A stretch of 64,000 nucleotides of DNA from Balanoglossus misakiensis. Its lineage: Eukaryota; Animalia; Hemichordata. Under the pieces are notes generated by a model. That model was not told the origin of the DNA, made no database searches, and saw only the letters and a list, made by a program, of their open reading frames with translations. This document shows, piece by piece, positions 26,501 to 41,300 of the stretch; the first letter of the stretch is position 1, and each line of letters starts with the position of its first letter. Position numbers and translations under genes: made by a program. Where the stretch lies: the NCBI GenBank assembly GCA_040954595.2, contig CM082597.2, positions 7,217,849 to 7,281,848 of the forward strand. Direction: 5' to 3'.

Positions 26501-29500
26501 TTGATTATATACCATTGTAATATTAATGTAATGCTGAATCTACTCAAACATTCGAACATGAGAGAGATTAACATTGTGTCGTTTCGTCGTGTGCGTTTTG
26601 TTTGGCACATTTCGATTTAAATTTACTGGCTAATCCGTGAAAAATTGCATCCAATCCTCTTGATATTCTGATATTGTGTATGCCAGATTCTAAAAAAAAA
26701 AACTTTAGCCATTTTCGGTTTTCAGAGAAATGGGCGCGCGATGCAACATGGCCTGGTTTGCATTTATCTCCCAATAAAATAAAATAAATATTCGAGGCTT
26801 ATAAGTGTAGACACCATTTCAGCGAGGCCAGCTGTGTCCGGGTGATTTAACGCCTTGCTGGAGATAATCTCAAGTGTAAGGGATTATAAGATAGTGTGCG
26901 TTATGTTCTGCTGTCTGGGCGCGCATCTTAAACATTCAATTGTTCTCCATATACTCACCGCATTCACTCCCCAAACCATACAGTATATATGTTCTCCAGG
27001 TACAAGATCTCTGACAACGTCAACATTTGCTGTCTGTATGGCGCCCTCATCGAAATGCGGCAATCCATCCTGGTAATTGATCCTAATCGCCTGGTCCTGC
27101 TTCGTATGCAAATAAAAAATCTCAATCAGTTACCTTATGCCTTTATTACGGCTGGTTTCTCATGATTGTTCATGCATCGGGGAATCTGTAGCGATGAGGT
27201 ATCGGGCTCTGACGAGAACAGTGATCCACGGAGACACGTATCTGATTCACGTTCATTTATTGTCCGGAATTATATAGTACATCAACTACGCCCAGTAAAG
27301 TACATGAGGAAGGGAACGAACTCAGTAGCCTGAGGTACTCCCATCTCCCGTTAGATTATTTTTCTCTAACTTTGGAAACAAAGTTCTCTTATAATTACTT
27401 TTCTCAAGGCGTGGTTAATAATGTAAAATATCACAAATACAATGTGTTACAATTTCATTGGACATCAGTCAACTCTATACGTACCAATTTACATAAGGTG
27501 TTATATAACAAAGTCAGTTCGATGATGATTGACAACCAGAGCAGTCAGTTAAACACCCGCTCTCCCTATCTACTTCAAATACATAAAATCAAATACTATC
27601 AAACATTGACATTTCCGAGCCCTGGATTAATTAACCCTTGAAATCGTATTTGACCTTTATACAGATCGTAACACTCCCCTCCTTTTAACCCAATGCGTCC
27701 CGCATTGGACACAAATCTCTTAAAGAGCAGTACACCAAGGGTAATCGTTCAATTCCACCCCAAGAATATATTAAGACGTACCGTATGATTTTGAAATGTA
27801 AGAGTACAATATATATAACAAAATTGAAGTAAAATATTTGAAAAAAATCTAGTCATGTCTATGAAGTGATCGTCTTAAAAATATATAAAATTACAATCCA
27901 AAAATTACTACAGAATAAAAGTACATATAAACTTAAAATAGTATGTGCACATAAAACCTTCGCACACATATCCACCTACTAATATAAACAATAAAATCGC
28001 AACTCCTTCTGTAAACCCATAAAACGTTGTATCCATCATTGAACACAATCTGAATATCTGTTGTCTTATTGACTCAAAAGAAACACTCTTGCATTCTTTT
28101 ACATCGAACGATCATCCGACATTCCTTATTCTCGAGTTACGTCATGTCGGGCAAATTCAATAACCTTTAAAATTTTTAAAACTGAAACATCTTAGCGTTT
28201 TGTCAAAAATCCACTCTTTACAACTTCGAAAATGGCATTTTCTTCATTCGAAAATGGCATTTTCTTCATTCGAAAATGGGATTTTCTTTGGTTTCTTTGT
28301 ACAAACATATAGCCATTAAAGGGGCTATTTACACAAATTGGACCATCTATTTTAGGTCATCAAACGAAAGGCAAATTCAACTCACAACATTTTTCTCCAG
28401 TGTTAAAATCTCTGCAACTTCAAACTTCACTGGTAATTTCTTTACAACTTAAATACATCAACACATTTAAACAGAGTGACACGGGAACCAGGTTGCACAG
28501 CTCTTACAACTAAACTCAGCAAACAACGGATAATAAAATGTCATTCGACAACTTACGTAACATTAAACGAATCAAGGGACACGCCAATCGTACACTCACT
28601 CATACAGGCCGGCCAACACTCATACCTCTCAGTCATATTCACATTTTCAATTCACTCAACCACGTGTCTCCCTTTTCCGTTTTTTTTTTCTCTGTTACGC
28701 ATATATTTCTCTGTCCATAGATTTAAATGTGCAAATGTGCTATAACCTGTTTCCCTTGTATCTTTACTGGATTTCTTATCAAATACTCTTTCGCAGTTTC
28801 ATTCAAATTGTCTTCATCCTCCCACGTATTATGTTTGTTTGAATAATTCTTCCACTTAACCAAATACTGTAATTTCCCATTTCTATATCGACCCTTTAAC
28901 ACATTGTCTATATCGTAAAATGGCTCAGAAGCATTAGTCTGACAATTTCCATTATTGTCAGTTTCATCGAAAGCACTGGGATTTGTCCTTGACGACAAAT
29001 CTCTCAATCCCAATCCCTCAATTTGATCAGAACCATTTTCTGATTCTGCATATGTTTCTGCTTCTGGACTTTGACATATTTCGGTCCCATTGTCATAATT
29101 TGTGGTTTCTGGGACATCGTTTTCTTCACACGACTCATCAGATGAGGATGAGTCAAACTCAGAGGGGCGCAAATAAGCTCTTTTTAGTCTATTCACATGA
29201 ATGACCTTACGATAATTCCTGGTGCTATTTATGAAACGCAACTTGTAATTAACAGGACCCACCTTCTCAGAAATAATGTAAGGACCTGTCCACTTATGTA
29301 CGAATTTCTTATTAACTCCTGGTTTAACAGATGGTGTGTATAAATATACAGGATCCCCCACTTTAAGATTTTGTGACCGTTGGATATTTTGATCATAACG
29401 GTCCTTCATATTCTGTTGATATCGATCTATATTCTCTTTGGCGATTTTATGAGCTATCTCCCTTTTAGCAGCTAAATGTTTAAGGTGTGTATCTATATTT

Positions 29501-32500
29501 CTCGTCCTCCCCTCAACTGGCTGAAACTCAACATCCATGGGCAATGTGGGATGCCGACCGTATAACAGATAATACGGGCTGAACCCACTGGACTCTTGAG
29601 GGCTAACTCTATAAGCGAAAAGCACTGAACTTAGGTACCGATCCCAATCTTTCTGTTTACTATCGACAAACATGGACAGCATGTCGACAAGGCAACCATT
29701 GAAACGCTCTGTAAGGCCATTAGTCTGTGGACGATACGGGGTCGAAACTTTCCTCTGGATGTTGAAAAATTTGCAAGTTTCACGAACTACTTGGGATAAA
29801 AAATTCGATCCCTGATCACTCAGCAAAACTCTGGGGCTGCCATAAGTAGCAATTACTTCATCAAACAAGATCTTAGCGACTGTCTCAGCTCGTGCATTAC
29901 GTAATGGATATGCTAGTGGAAATTTAGTAAAGTAATCAGTAAGTACTAAGATGTATTTATGACCATCATACGTTCTAGGGAGGGGTCCCACAATATCCAT
30001 ACCCAGTCGGTCCCAGGGTCCTGATACTGGAATAGGTAACAACTTAGCATGAGTAGGGGGTGTGGCTCTCTTTCGTGTGTGACAATGTGCGCATGTCTTT
30101 ACGTACATATTAACATCCCGGGGCATCCTTTCCCAAAAATACCTCTGTCTTAAAACTCCCAACGTTTTAGTGTATCCCAAATGTCCCGCTAAAACACAAT
30201 CATGAGCCCACCGCAGAACATAATTTCTTAAGGACTTAGGTATCACAACCTGTCTAACACAATCTAATTTACCAGCTGATTTCCCCGTAGGTTTCCAAAA
30301 ATGATACAAAACCCCGTCAACAATGTCATAATTTGGAGCCATACTAACAAATTTACGAGCTAACTTTTGATCAGTTGGTAACTCATCATTCTCTAAATAA
30401 TTAAGAAATTTACTCAAATAATCATCCTTTCTCTGTTCTCCCTTCATTCGTGATTGCACCTCACTGTCGAATGTTTTATCCACTTCAGTGTTGGAAGCAT
30501 TTTCCTCCACGTCAGTGTTAGAAGTGTCGTTAGAACTGTTAAGTAAAATCCCATACCCAGATGTGTCCTCACTATTAGCAGAATTATGAACTCTAGGTTC
30601 GGTTTGTTGCCCTGTATGTATATTATTTATACAAGGTGAGTTTATGGGCTCAGTGTTTACACACTTATCTACCATTGGCTGACTGTTAGGCTTGTAATTC
30701 ATTTCAGGCGCATGCTCTAAATCAGTGACGTCAGACTTGTACCCCTCACATTGTTGATATGGTCTCCTTGACAACCCGTCAGCATTCATGTGTTTCTTAC
30801 CAGGTCTATAGATAATTTCGTAATCGTACTGCTGCATGGTCATTATCCAACGGCCAATACGCCCCCTTGGTATTTTCTGTTTAAACATGTAAGTCAGATT
30901 GGAGTGATCAGTTACTATAGTGACATGGTTGCTCCGTACATAGTGATCACATTGTCGGATAGCATGAATGACGGCCAAAGCTTCCAATTCTGTAATTGAG
31001 TAATTTCTTTCGTGACAGTTTAAACTTCGACCCCCATATAAAATCACTCGTTCAACACCATTCTGTCGTTGAGCTAAAACAAACCCCAGGGCATGAGTGG
31101 AACTATCGGTATAAATTGTGAAATTTTCATTCATATCAGGATACCCTAGAATTGGTGCTTGACACAGGACATGTTTTAATTTCTCGAATGCATGTTCGCA
31201 TCGATCATTCCATTCAAATTTCGTGTCCTTTCCCAACAATTTATGCAGAGGCCTTGCAATGATCGAGAAATTCTTTATAAACTTTCTATAATAATTGGCC
31301 AACCCCAAAAATGATTTCAGCTGTGTGACAGTATGAGGACGGGGATATTCTTTAACAGCTGTTACTTTACTCTCGTCAACCGCAATTCCATCCTTACTGA
31401 TAATATGACCCAAAAATTTAACACTCTTTCTCATAAATTGACATTTGCTGGGCTTTAATTTCAATCCAGCTTGACGTAACCTGGTTAGGACAGTATCAAT
31501 GTGTTGAAGATGCTCCTCAAAAGAGCTGCTAAATATAATAATATCATCGATATAACATAACACATATTGCCACATAATATTGCGTAACACGTGTTGCATA
31601 GTACGCTGAAAACAACTGGGACTATTTCGCAACCCCTGGGCAAGTCTCCTGTATTGATATAAACCTTGATGTGTGACAAAAGCTGTTTTTGGTCTGCTCT
31701 CTTCATCTAATTCCAATTGAAAAAATCCTGACTGTAAATCAAGCGTCGAAAAATACTGAGGCTTATTCTTGCCTAACATTTCAAGAGATTCGTCAGTTCT
31801 AGGTAAGGGAAACGAATCAGGCACTGTAATATTATTCAAATGACGGAAATCTGTGCAAAAACGCCACGAACCATCAGGCTTTTTGACTAAAACTACTGGA
31901 CTAGCAAACGGTGAAGTGGACGGCTCGATAATATTTTGTTCTAACAGCTGATCAACTTGTCGCTCAAGTTCACGCCTTTTCTCAGGCGTTACTCGGTAAG
32001 GTGGGCGACGGAACGGGGCAGCACCCTCTTGTAATCGTATTGTATGTTTGATTACATCACAGTTGCCTAAACGACCACTAGAATCAACAAAAGCTTCCAT
32101 ATTGTGCAGTAAAACATCTCTAAGCTGTTTACGCTGTGCCTTAGTTATCTCTAATTCATTAAATTTCAATTGACCCATCAAATAATCCGTCTCTTTCTGT
32201 GTACGGGGCCCTTGAGGTGAGACACAATTAACGGCAGTATTATCGAGTGGGACTATTTCACTATTACGGGGCAAAGGCGAAAACATTCCAACAACACTGT
32301 TTTTCTTAATTTTGACCACAGTATCCAAAGTGTTTACAACTCGCATGGGAAGAAAATTCTTATTCGAATAGGCCAACCCCTTAGCTACCAAAATACCCGG
32401 GGTTAAGCGTGTTCGTTTATCACAAATACAACCTAAAACTCCAGTAAGATATTTATACGGTACTTTCACTGGAATAACCATTTCACTTCCAGGTGAAATG

Positions 32501-35500
32501 TTAACATCAACATTTGTTCTTAACGGTACGTCTGATTGTAATCTTAAAATATTACCCTTGAAATCAATAACAGCTCTATAACGCTTCATAAAATCAAGTC
32601 CCAAAATCAGATTATGCTGAAGAGACTCAACTAAATTAACATAAAGTAATACACGCTTATTCCCAATAAAAGCAGGTATTTTCATAAATCCAATTACCTT
32701 CAATTTGTCTTCGTGTGCTGTATGTACACAATTATATCTGGACTTGAACATCGGATAATTCTTTAGAGCGGGAATAAGCTCTAACAACCGAATAGGAGCT
32801 ACAGTAATATGTGCTCCAGTATCAATTAATGACGTCACTTTTTCATGACATATTGAAATTGGAATAACATTCTCATGAAAAGCACACCCATCTTTGTTAA
32901 CAAAGTTTACACCATCTTTAACATTATAGGCACCCTCTTTCCCGAGTGCATTTACACCTGCACATGACCTGCTGTCGGACGATCCATCAAAATAAAATTT
33001 CCGACTAGGCTTCGAAACATTTCCAGAGAACGCATATTTTGAACAATTTCTAGCTATATGATCGTAACGCCCACAATTAAAACATGTACGGGAATTAAAT
33101 TGACTATGTCGAGGAAAACGTTGGGCAGAGTGCCCAGTAAAATTATATCTGTTCCTCTTTACCTTATAGTCTATTGTTCGTTCTCTTGCTCTGTAACTCG
33201 GCGATTTCTTCTCTCTTTTTGTCGATCGTCCTCGATGATCTGCCGCGCTTGATTTGGTCTTCATTTCTTCATCTTCTTGTTTCATGTCGTCAATCCGTGT
33301 CGAGATTTGTTGTAAAAGACCCGCTTCTGGCTCGTCTGTCTCTGGTAATCCTGCCACGACCTCTGCTGTTCGAGCATGTTTGTACGCTGTTTCGAAGTCC
33401 TCAGGTGACATTCCCGCTACGAACTTTAGTATGTCCGGTCTCAGTCCGTTCATGAAGAAAGATAGTAGTTCCTCATCAGTCTTTTTCGCTTTTTCTGCTT
33501 TTTCGCATATTAATTCCGCATATTGTTCAACAGTCTGGTCCGGCAGTTGCTTCAGGCGAAACAGTTTCTCGTCATACAGCCACATCGGACCGCACTTATC
33601 AAAACGAGCGAGGAAGACATTTTGCAGTGTCGTCAAGTCATTTTTCTTTTCAGCAGACAGTCTGTAGAACCATCGCTCCGCTTCACCAGTCAAATATAGT
33701 CCGATTCCTTTAAGCCGTTTCTCGTCTGACCATTGCTTAAAGTCAGCAAAGTCTATATATTTTTTCCACCATCGGTGTGCATTCTCAGTCTCTGTACCCG
33801 AAAAGAAACCTGGGCCTACCTGACCTCCAGCTCTGAGTGTAACCTGTCGTATTTCCGATAATTGACTGTTCATGTCGTTTAGCATCTCGCGATCCATGCT
33901 GTAATCTTTCCGCTGGACGTCGCCGTTTCTGTCTCCGATGGATTTGTTTCGTCTACCCACGTATCTCCACCATGTATTACGGCTGGTTTCTCATGATTGT
34001 TCATGCATCGGGGAATCTGTAGCGATGAGGTATCGGGCTCTGACGAGAACAGTGATCCACGGAGACACGTATCTGATTCACGTTCATTTATTGTCCGGAA
34101 TTATATAGTACATCAACTACGCCCAGTAAAGTACATGAGGAAGGGAACGAACTCAGTAGCCTGAGGTACTCCCATCTCCCGTTAGATTATTTTTCTCTAA
34201 CTTTGGAAACAAAGTTCTCTTATAATTACTTTTCTCAAGGCGTGGTTAATAATGTAAAATATCACAAATACAATGTGTTACAATTTCATTGGACATCAGT
34301 CAACTCTATACGTACCAATTTACATAAGGTGTTATATAACAAAGTCAGTTCGATGATGATTGACAACCAGAGCAGTCAGTTAAACACCCGCTCTCCCTAT
34401 CTACTTCAAATACATAAAATCAAATACTATCAAACATTGACATTTCCGAGCCCTGGATTAATTAACCCTTGAAATCGTATTTGACCTTTATACAGATCGT
34501 AACACCTTTAATGATTAGAGATTTTTTCCTTCTTTAAAAAAACTCAGTGCTGTCCCAGTTTCTATTGTTCCATTATATCTATACGACTTCGAATCAAATG
34601 GGAGGGAGGGGGGCAGTAGAAGGAATGATTCATTTTCCATTCATTGCGAGATCTCACGAGACTTTACTAATTACTGTAGCAACAGGTTGGCATAATGAAA
34701 AACAATCAAGGTTTGTATGGACTTGAATAAGTGCGGGGTTTGACAAAATTGTAATTTTGTGCCATTTAACAGTATGTTGCTTGTCCTATGTGACATCGCA
34801 TAAAACTTGAAAATTGCATAGCCACGCGAAATCTCGCAGAGTGTAGTGCAGTTCGGATAATGGCCTATTAATTAATATACTTGCCTGGGTAAGATCCCAC
34901 AGACCAAACTCGCTACCAACAGCAACATAGTAGTGACTGATCCCTGTGTGGATATCAGAAAATCCCAGCCATGCCAGTTTGACGTGTGCCGGGGTTCCAC
35001 CTTGGCTCTGCCTGTATGTCATCCAGCCGTGTCTGTGGCGTGTCAGTCCGGCAGAATGGTCGGTGTTGACGGCAAACGTCCCAACCGTTGGTGGACTAGA
35101 GTCGATCTGTTGGAAAGATGGTGACTTTCTTAGAAAAGTACAATTTTATGCAAGACATTTGCCGTCACTGCTGCATAACGTTTTCATGTACGCTATAAGC
35201 GGGTAATAATAGCAGAATATGCTGAAGAATGCTTCTCACCTTTACAGAAGGCGTCTGACTCGATGTACACAACTTGGCAGCGTTACAAGTGATAACCTGT
35301 ATATAGTAATCATCACCATCGTGTAGCTCGAGGTCTGTAAATGTATATCTAAGAAAAGTCCCAGCTATCTGTGAGAAAAAAGAATCACTTGAAATTATTC
35401 TCGGGTTTTCAATTTATGAGCTAATGCATTTGCTATTATTTCTCACACACATGGCGGAAATAAGAACGCCATCTCAATACTGTTAGCATAAGTTAATAAT

Positions 35501-38006
35501 GTCTGGCACCTTGTGGACATTCTTCAGACAGAATATTTGACAAATATTTTACATACAAGTCGGCATTACATTCAAATTTTGTATATATTATAATGGAATT
35601 ATTTACCTTGACCAGACCGGAAGGATCCTCTGATTGATGATGTGAAAACACTGACAACAGATGATACTCAATGGGGCTTTCTTCGTCGCGAAACTCCCAG
35701 GACACAGAAAGCATGGAACGCCACGCCTAGAAAAAAACGGTGTGATCACAGCCAGAGTGGTGATCAAAACATGCACATGTGTTATCGTGAGAAACACGAA
35801 CAAGTATTAAAACGCCCAGGTTTATCAAATAATCAATAGTATGCAAACACGAATCTACCTGAGTATTGTCAACGAATGATCCGTGAGTGGTGTCTATTAC
35901 AGGATTTTGTACAACTACTGGGGGAGATTCATCGACAATCACACCGTCCGATGAATCTTGTATAAAGAGGCCTGGTTGAGAAGACAGATAGTATACGAAA
36001 TCGTCAAAATGCATAATCTTTGTACTTTGTCAGTAATACAGCATCGAACAGGTGGAATTTAACACATTAAACAAACTAGTGTTCATACCATACCGTGACT
36101 GTGGACAGAAGTCCGATATTAGATTTTACCTGCTTTGTTGTATGCCCTCACTGTCACGTAGATAGGCATGTTGATTGGTAGAGGCTGAATCAAATCTGAG
36201 GTGAATAATTGTTCGGTCAGATGGAGTCTTGTGTTTCCCAATATATCATCGCCACCGACTGATGTTCCTGCCCAGACTTCGTAATGTGACAACTGGGAGT
36301 GTGGATCGTGGAAATTGTACCAGTGTGCAGATATGGTTGTCCTTCGATAAAAACATAGAAAAGATATAAAGGAGTGCTCCATCAAAATGTTGTATGAAAT
36401 TTAAAGGTATACGGTCACCTCTAATTTACATACGCCCATATATGTCAGAAATGGCGTATTTGAGTGTTCTAAATAACATATGGTGGCGCTCTTTTTTCGC
36501 GTGTGCTACCCACTGTGATTGGCTGGATCTCAATTTGCCATGGTAACTGTAGCTATTTTCGCATAGGTGACCTTGTACCTTTAAGCAAACAATATAGAAA
36601 TGATGAAATTATGGCAACAACAGGTATCTTCAATGCTCACTTAGAAGCCTGGAATACAAGGTCTCCATCAGAGATACCATCATACACCTTTCCAGCTACA
36701 GGCGGAGAGTCATCAATTACAATACCATCTGACGTCACACTTGTACACAGTTTAGCTGCGTTGCAAGCTGTTACAGTGATGTAATAAGGAACACCTGGTT
36801 GCAACGGTAAATAGCCTGCAGTCATGGCTGGAAGAAAAATACAAGTACATTGTTTCAAATAAGATTTCAAGGGTAGTAACGGTGGGTAAGTGGTGGGTGA
36901 TAAACACTGAATTCAGTTGGCTAAGACCAACACGTGAGTAACTGCACCATTACATCATGTGAATCATGTAAGCGAATATCAGAGGTGGTATGATTACACC
37001 ATTTTACACATATGATTCTACCTTTCAACAGTCCAACATACTCTTCTTGCAAGATATCATCACAGCCTACACAGGATCCAATCTTCCAAGTATACTCCGT
37101 GATTGTAGAATGAGGGTCTTGAAACCCATCCCATGTCCCACTAAGGTGGTCTAAATGTGTCTGAAATTAGTAATGTTGGCAAACATCACTAAAAAGTTTA
37201 CATTACAATGTATCCACTTTTCCAATATGTATCATTGGGTAAATAACACTGTTATAAATGAATAATTCACATTTTTAAAGGTATACAGGCACCTATGGAA
37301 AATTAGCTATATTACCATGGCAAATTGAGTTACCATGGCAAATTGAGATCTAGCCAATCACAGATTTTCAGCAGGTGGCACACGCGAAAAAAAGAGCGCC
37401 CCATTTGTTCTTTAGAAAGCTCAAATACGCCATTTCAGCCATATGGGCGTATGTAAATTGGAGGTGACTGTATACCTTTATCATCATCTGAAATACCAGG
37501 AACACATTCTTGTGCACATGGAGCACGGCAGAGGTATTAAACAACGTTGTAGATTATGCAGATAATTTTATATACCTGATAATCTTGATCTTTGTTTGGA
37601 TCGTCACCATCGTACACGTAACCGTTTTCGGGTGGAGATGTATCGACCAGCAAGGCCCAAGATATTGAAACAGTTGAAAGACCTGCACCATTGTAAGCCT
37701 GTTGAAGAGTAACATTGACCATATTGGCGAAACATTTAGGTGCGGTTTCGTAAGCTTATAAAATGCTCAGGAGTACATCTATAACCACCACACTCAAGAA
37801 AGACTTACCTTAATCATGACGTAATATACATGACCGTTAACTAGTTTCAATCTTTTGTCTTCCTCTTCCAGTGTGATTTGCTCTCTGTAGGTTTTTGTAC
37901 ATGGAAAAACATCTGCATAGCCAGGATTTGAGCCCATACACCACTCGTAATATGAGATACCTGAAATACATTATTTTTACTATTTTATTGTCGCTGTTGT
38001 TGTTGT

Positions 38007-38058
<52 letters not shown>

Positions 38059-38274
38059 TTTGACATCTATTCATTATCTCTTAAGGCAAAAAACAAAAAA
38101 CAAAAAACTAAAGATTGATCCAACGATATGTACACGTAAACTTGTGACACCTAAATTAAATTCGACATTCGTAGTTTCAGTTCATGATGTACACGATTAT
38201 ACAATCGAGCTTTATGCAACTTCATACAGAGAAACTTGTGTATAGACCATTTTGCAATCAAAATGATAAGGTTC

Positions 38275-38346
<72 letters not shown>

Positions 38347-41300
38347 TTTTGGTGTGGTGTTGGTGGTGGCTGAACGATGAAGGAACCCATCGCAGTTTAT
38401 ACGGACTCACCACTTTCTCGGTCGGAAAACACGTCATTCCATTTGGCTGGGATCAGCGATGCGGATGTGATAAATGAACTGCCGAAATCTATTCCTTCTT
38501 GTGATTTCTCTGGTGGGGAGTTGTCCACAGTTACCGCGTCAGACACCACGTCGGCAGATAAACCAACAAAGTCGATGGCTGTAAGTATTAACATTATAAA
38601 ATGCTTATTTTGCATGTAGATATCAATAAAGTATATTTGGGAAAATGAAGCACATGTCACATTGTCTTCTTAACGCAACATTAGTTGTAACGTTTCACTA
38701 TGTTTTTCAATATTCTTGTTTTGAGTACCTTCTGCGGTTTCTGAAACATAATGAAATGCCCAGCCTTTAGCTTATCGACACAACCTATATGTGTATACTC
38801 AGCAATGTTATTGTGCAAGATTTGTCCGGACTAGAATTAATTTGTCAACAATAACAACGGTCGTAACACAAACGCACTGTGTTGACAAGCAGAGTACTGG
38901 CCAGGGTATATTACCATGCTGTTTGGAGTAGAGTAAGGCATTGCCTTTGATACGCAGAACAAAAATACATGTACTGTAAATAAAACTAAATGGGACAGCT
39001 AAATATAAATATAACCTACCCCTTACAGTTGCGTAGTAAGTGTTACCAGAGAGAAGATTCAGATCAGTCACAATGGCCCAGTTAACTACACCGACAGATT
39101 TGAAGTCTTGAACGTCTAATCCACCAGGTGAAGTACCTAAGCCCACAGACAAGATGTAATCATAATTCAATGCAACGTAATGCAGTGATGGAGTTATAGT
39201 TGTTTAACAAACCGCTATGAATGAAAATAGTGATGAACTATCCAACAATGTGCAAGGTACAGAAACTTTTAGAATGCCATTCAAGTAAACGTTCACATAC
39301 CTATAGCAACTTCGTATCTTCTGATCCCAGACGAATGTGAGGTTCTGCCATGTTCCTCAACATCGTAAAATCCGTCCCAGCTGATGATAATCTCTGATGT
39401 TGACACCTTTGCATGATTTGTGACAAATTACACGTGAAAAGCAAATTTTGTATGGTGAATTTAGTATATTCTTAACGTTAAAAATAAGTAGGATTTGTGG
39501 ATTGTGATGCGATATGATCCAAAGTCTTCCCAAGGAAAGACCATGTTACAATACCGAGTAACAAACTTGGTTCATAAAAAATTCAAAATGTCCAACTGTT
39601 CACATCACCTGATAATCTTGCTTCTGCCATCCAATCCTGACTTTTCCAGCATTCGGGGGCGTGTGATCAGCCACGATTCCATTGGAACATGCAGAGACTT
39701 CAGGAAGTAGTTGCTGAGTATTCCCATACCTTTTTATTGTCTGATTTGCATATATGCAAATATGATAACGCCATCCGTGCATCAAATCTAGATTCTCCAC
39801 ATTCACAACATTTGCCTTCGAAGAGAAAGTATGGATACTTATATCTATAATTTTGCCTATTTTAACAATAGACAACAACAACAACAACTATAATCAATAA
39901 ACTCATATTCGAATAAATATGAGCACTTACTTGAGAATGTCCACAAGCTAAGATTTCTGGAGAGGAGCAGTCGTATGTATAGAAATCAAATTCATTAGAG
40001 GTCTTGCGATATGCAAGGGTGTCGAGTGTTTGGTCAGACACAACTTTCCAACGGAAATCACCGTGCTGTAATGTTGGCCAAACGGCTGACAACTTGTGAT
40101 AGGATCTTGTGTACTCGAAGTCTGACTCTGTCCAGATGCCTTTGTCTTCAATGGTGACATCTCTAGAACAACATAGACATGAGAATCAACAATGTTACTG
40201 TTCTAAAGATCTCCTCTGTCGATCCATATTGTAATTTATATAGAGAATGTGGCAAGTCAGTCGAACAATTTAGACCAAATATACTGCTTTTAAATATATA
40301 TAGTACTATAATACCACCACTTGTAAACAGTTAACGTATATACATTCTCAGGTTTCCCAAAGCACAAATACAAGAGGGTTTATAATCATGTTTGTAAACT
40401 TTGCATGATAATTTACCTGATATCTCCAATGGATTCATCATAATCGCCAACAGCATCGATGACTATGTTCTGGTTTAAATTGGCAGGTTTCAACAACTTA
40501 CAGTCTGTGATGTCTTCATAAGTAGTTGTGTGAAGTCCTGCTTTGTTGTATCCACGCAAGGCAAGTCGAATACATTCAGCAAGGTCGATTGAGTGCTGCA
40601 GTTGAAGTGAGTAATGAAGCTGTGGGTGGATGCAAAGAGGCAATGAATTAAAAGGACATAGTCTCTCTCTCGATGATGTTTTTCCATTAATTATGTTTGA
40701 TACAAGATACTGTTTATGTTATTCTACATGTGGATATATAGTGAATCAACGTTCGACCACAAACAACTCCCATCACGTTTATATAATTCGAGAGTACAAA
40801 TTCGCCCAAAATGAATAAACGGTAAATACCGATTATTCATTTTGGCGAGTTTTTCTACTCTCATATCCTACAAACGGAATGGAAGGTGTGTGTGCTCGAA
40901 CGTTGATTCACTATATATCCACATCTATATTATAATAAACGGTGTCTTGTATCTAACATAATTAATGGAATAAGGGCAGCGAGAGAGACTTTGTCCCTTT
41001 AAGGTGGCACTGCCGTTTACATGGCGATTTGGTCCATATATCTGTACGAAGTCATTGAGACAAGTTCGTGTGCTGATATTTGCGATAGGAAACATGTGCT
41101 GGTGAAGAAATTGACTGCCCATCAAATCTTTCTGTTCAACTCGTGTTGACATGTCCACTAGATAATGTTATCGTTTCCTCGTTATTAAAATTATATATTT
41201 CTGGTAAGTGTCGCTCTTACCGGGCCAGGGTAGGTAGACGTGACGTTAAGTCGTTGCCATGGAAGCAGTATATCTTCATGTCTTTCTCCTCTCTGGTATG

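Larger units (their letters stand above)
27144..34504 (-). mobile_element. Full-length Ty3/gypsy LTR retrotransposon with chromodomain, in an intron of the giant gene
   Basis: Two 530-bp direct LTRs, 4-bp TSD CCTT (27140-27143, 34505-34508), PBS, PPT and uninterrupted gag-pol ORF. Confidence 0.97.

Noticed and set aside
27372-27641. Identical 89-aa ORF occurring twice (also 34203-34472)
   Set aside because: Antisense frame inside the two LTRs, non-ATG start, no protein features.
33897-33960. GTG start for gag-pol given by the ORF track
   Set aside because: It lies within the PBS; the first ATG at 33897 is the more plausible eukaryotic start.
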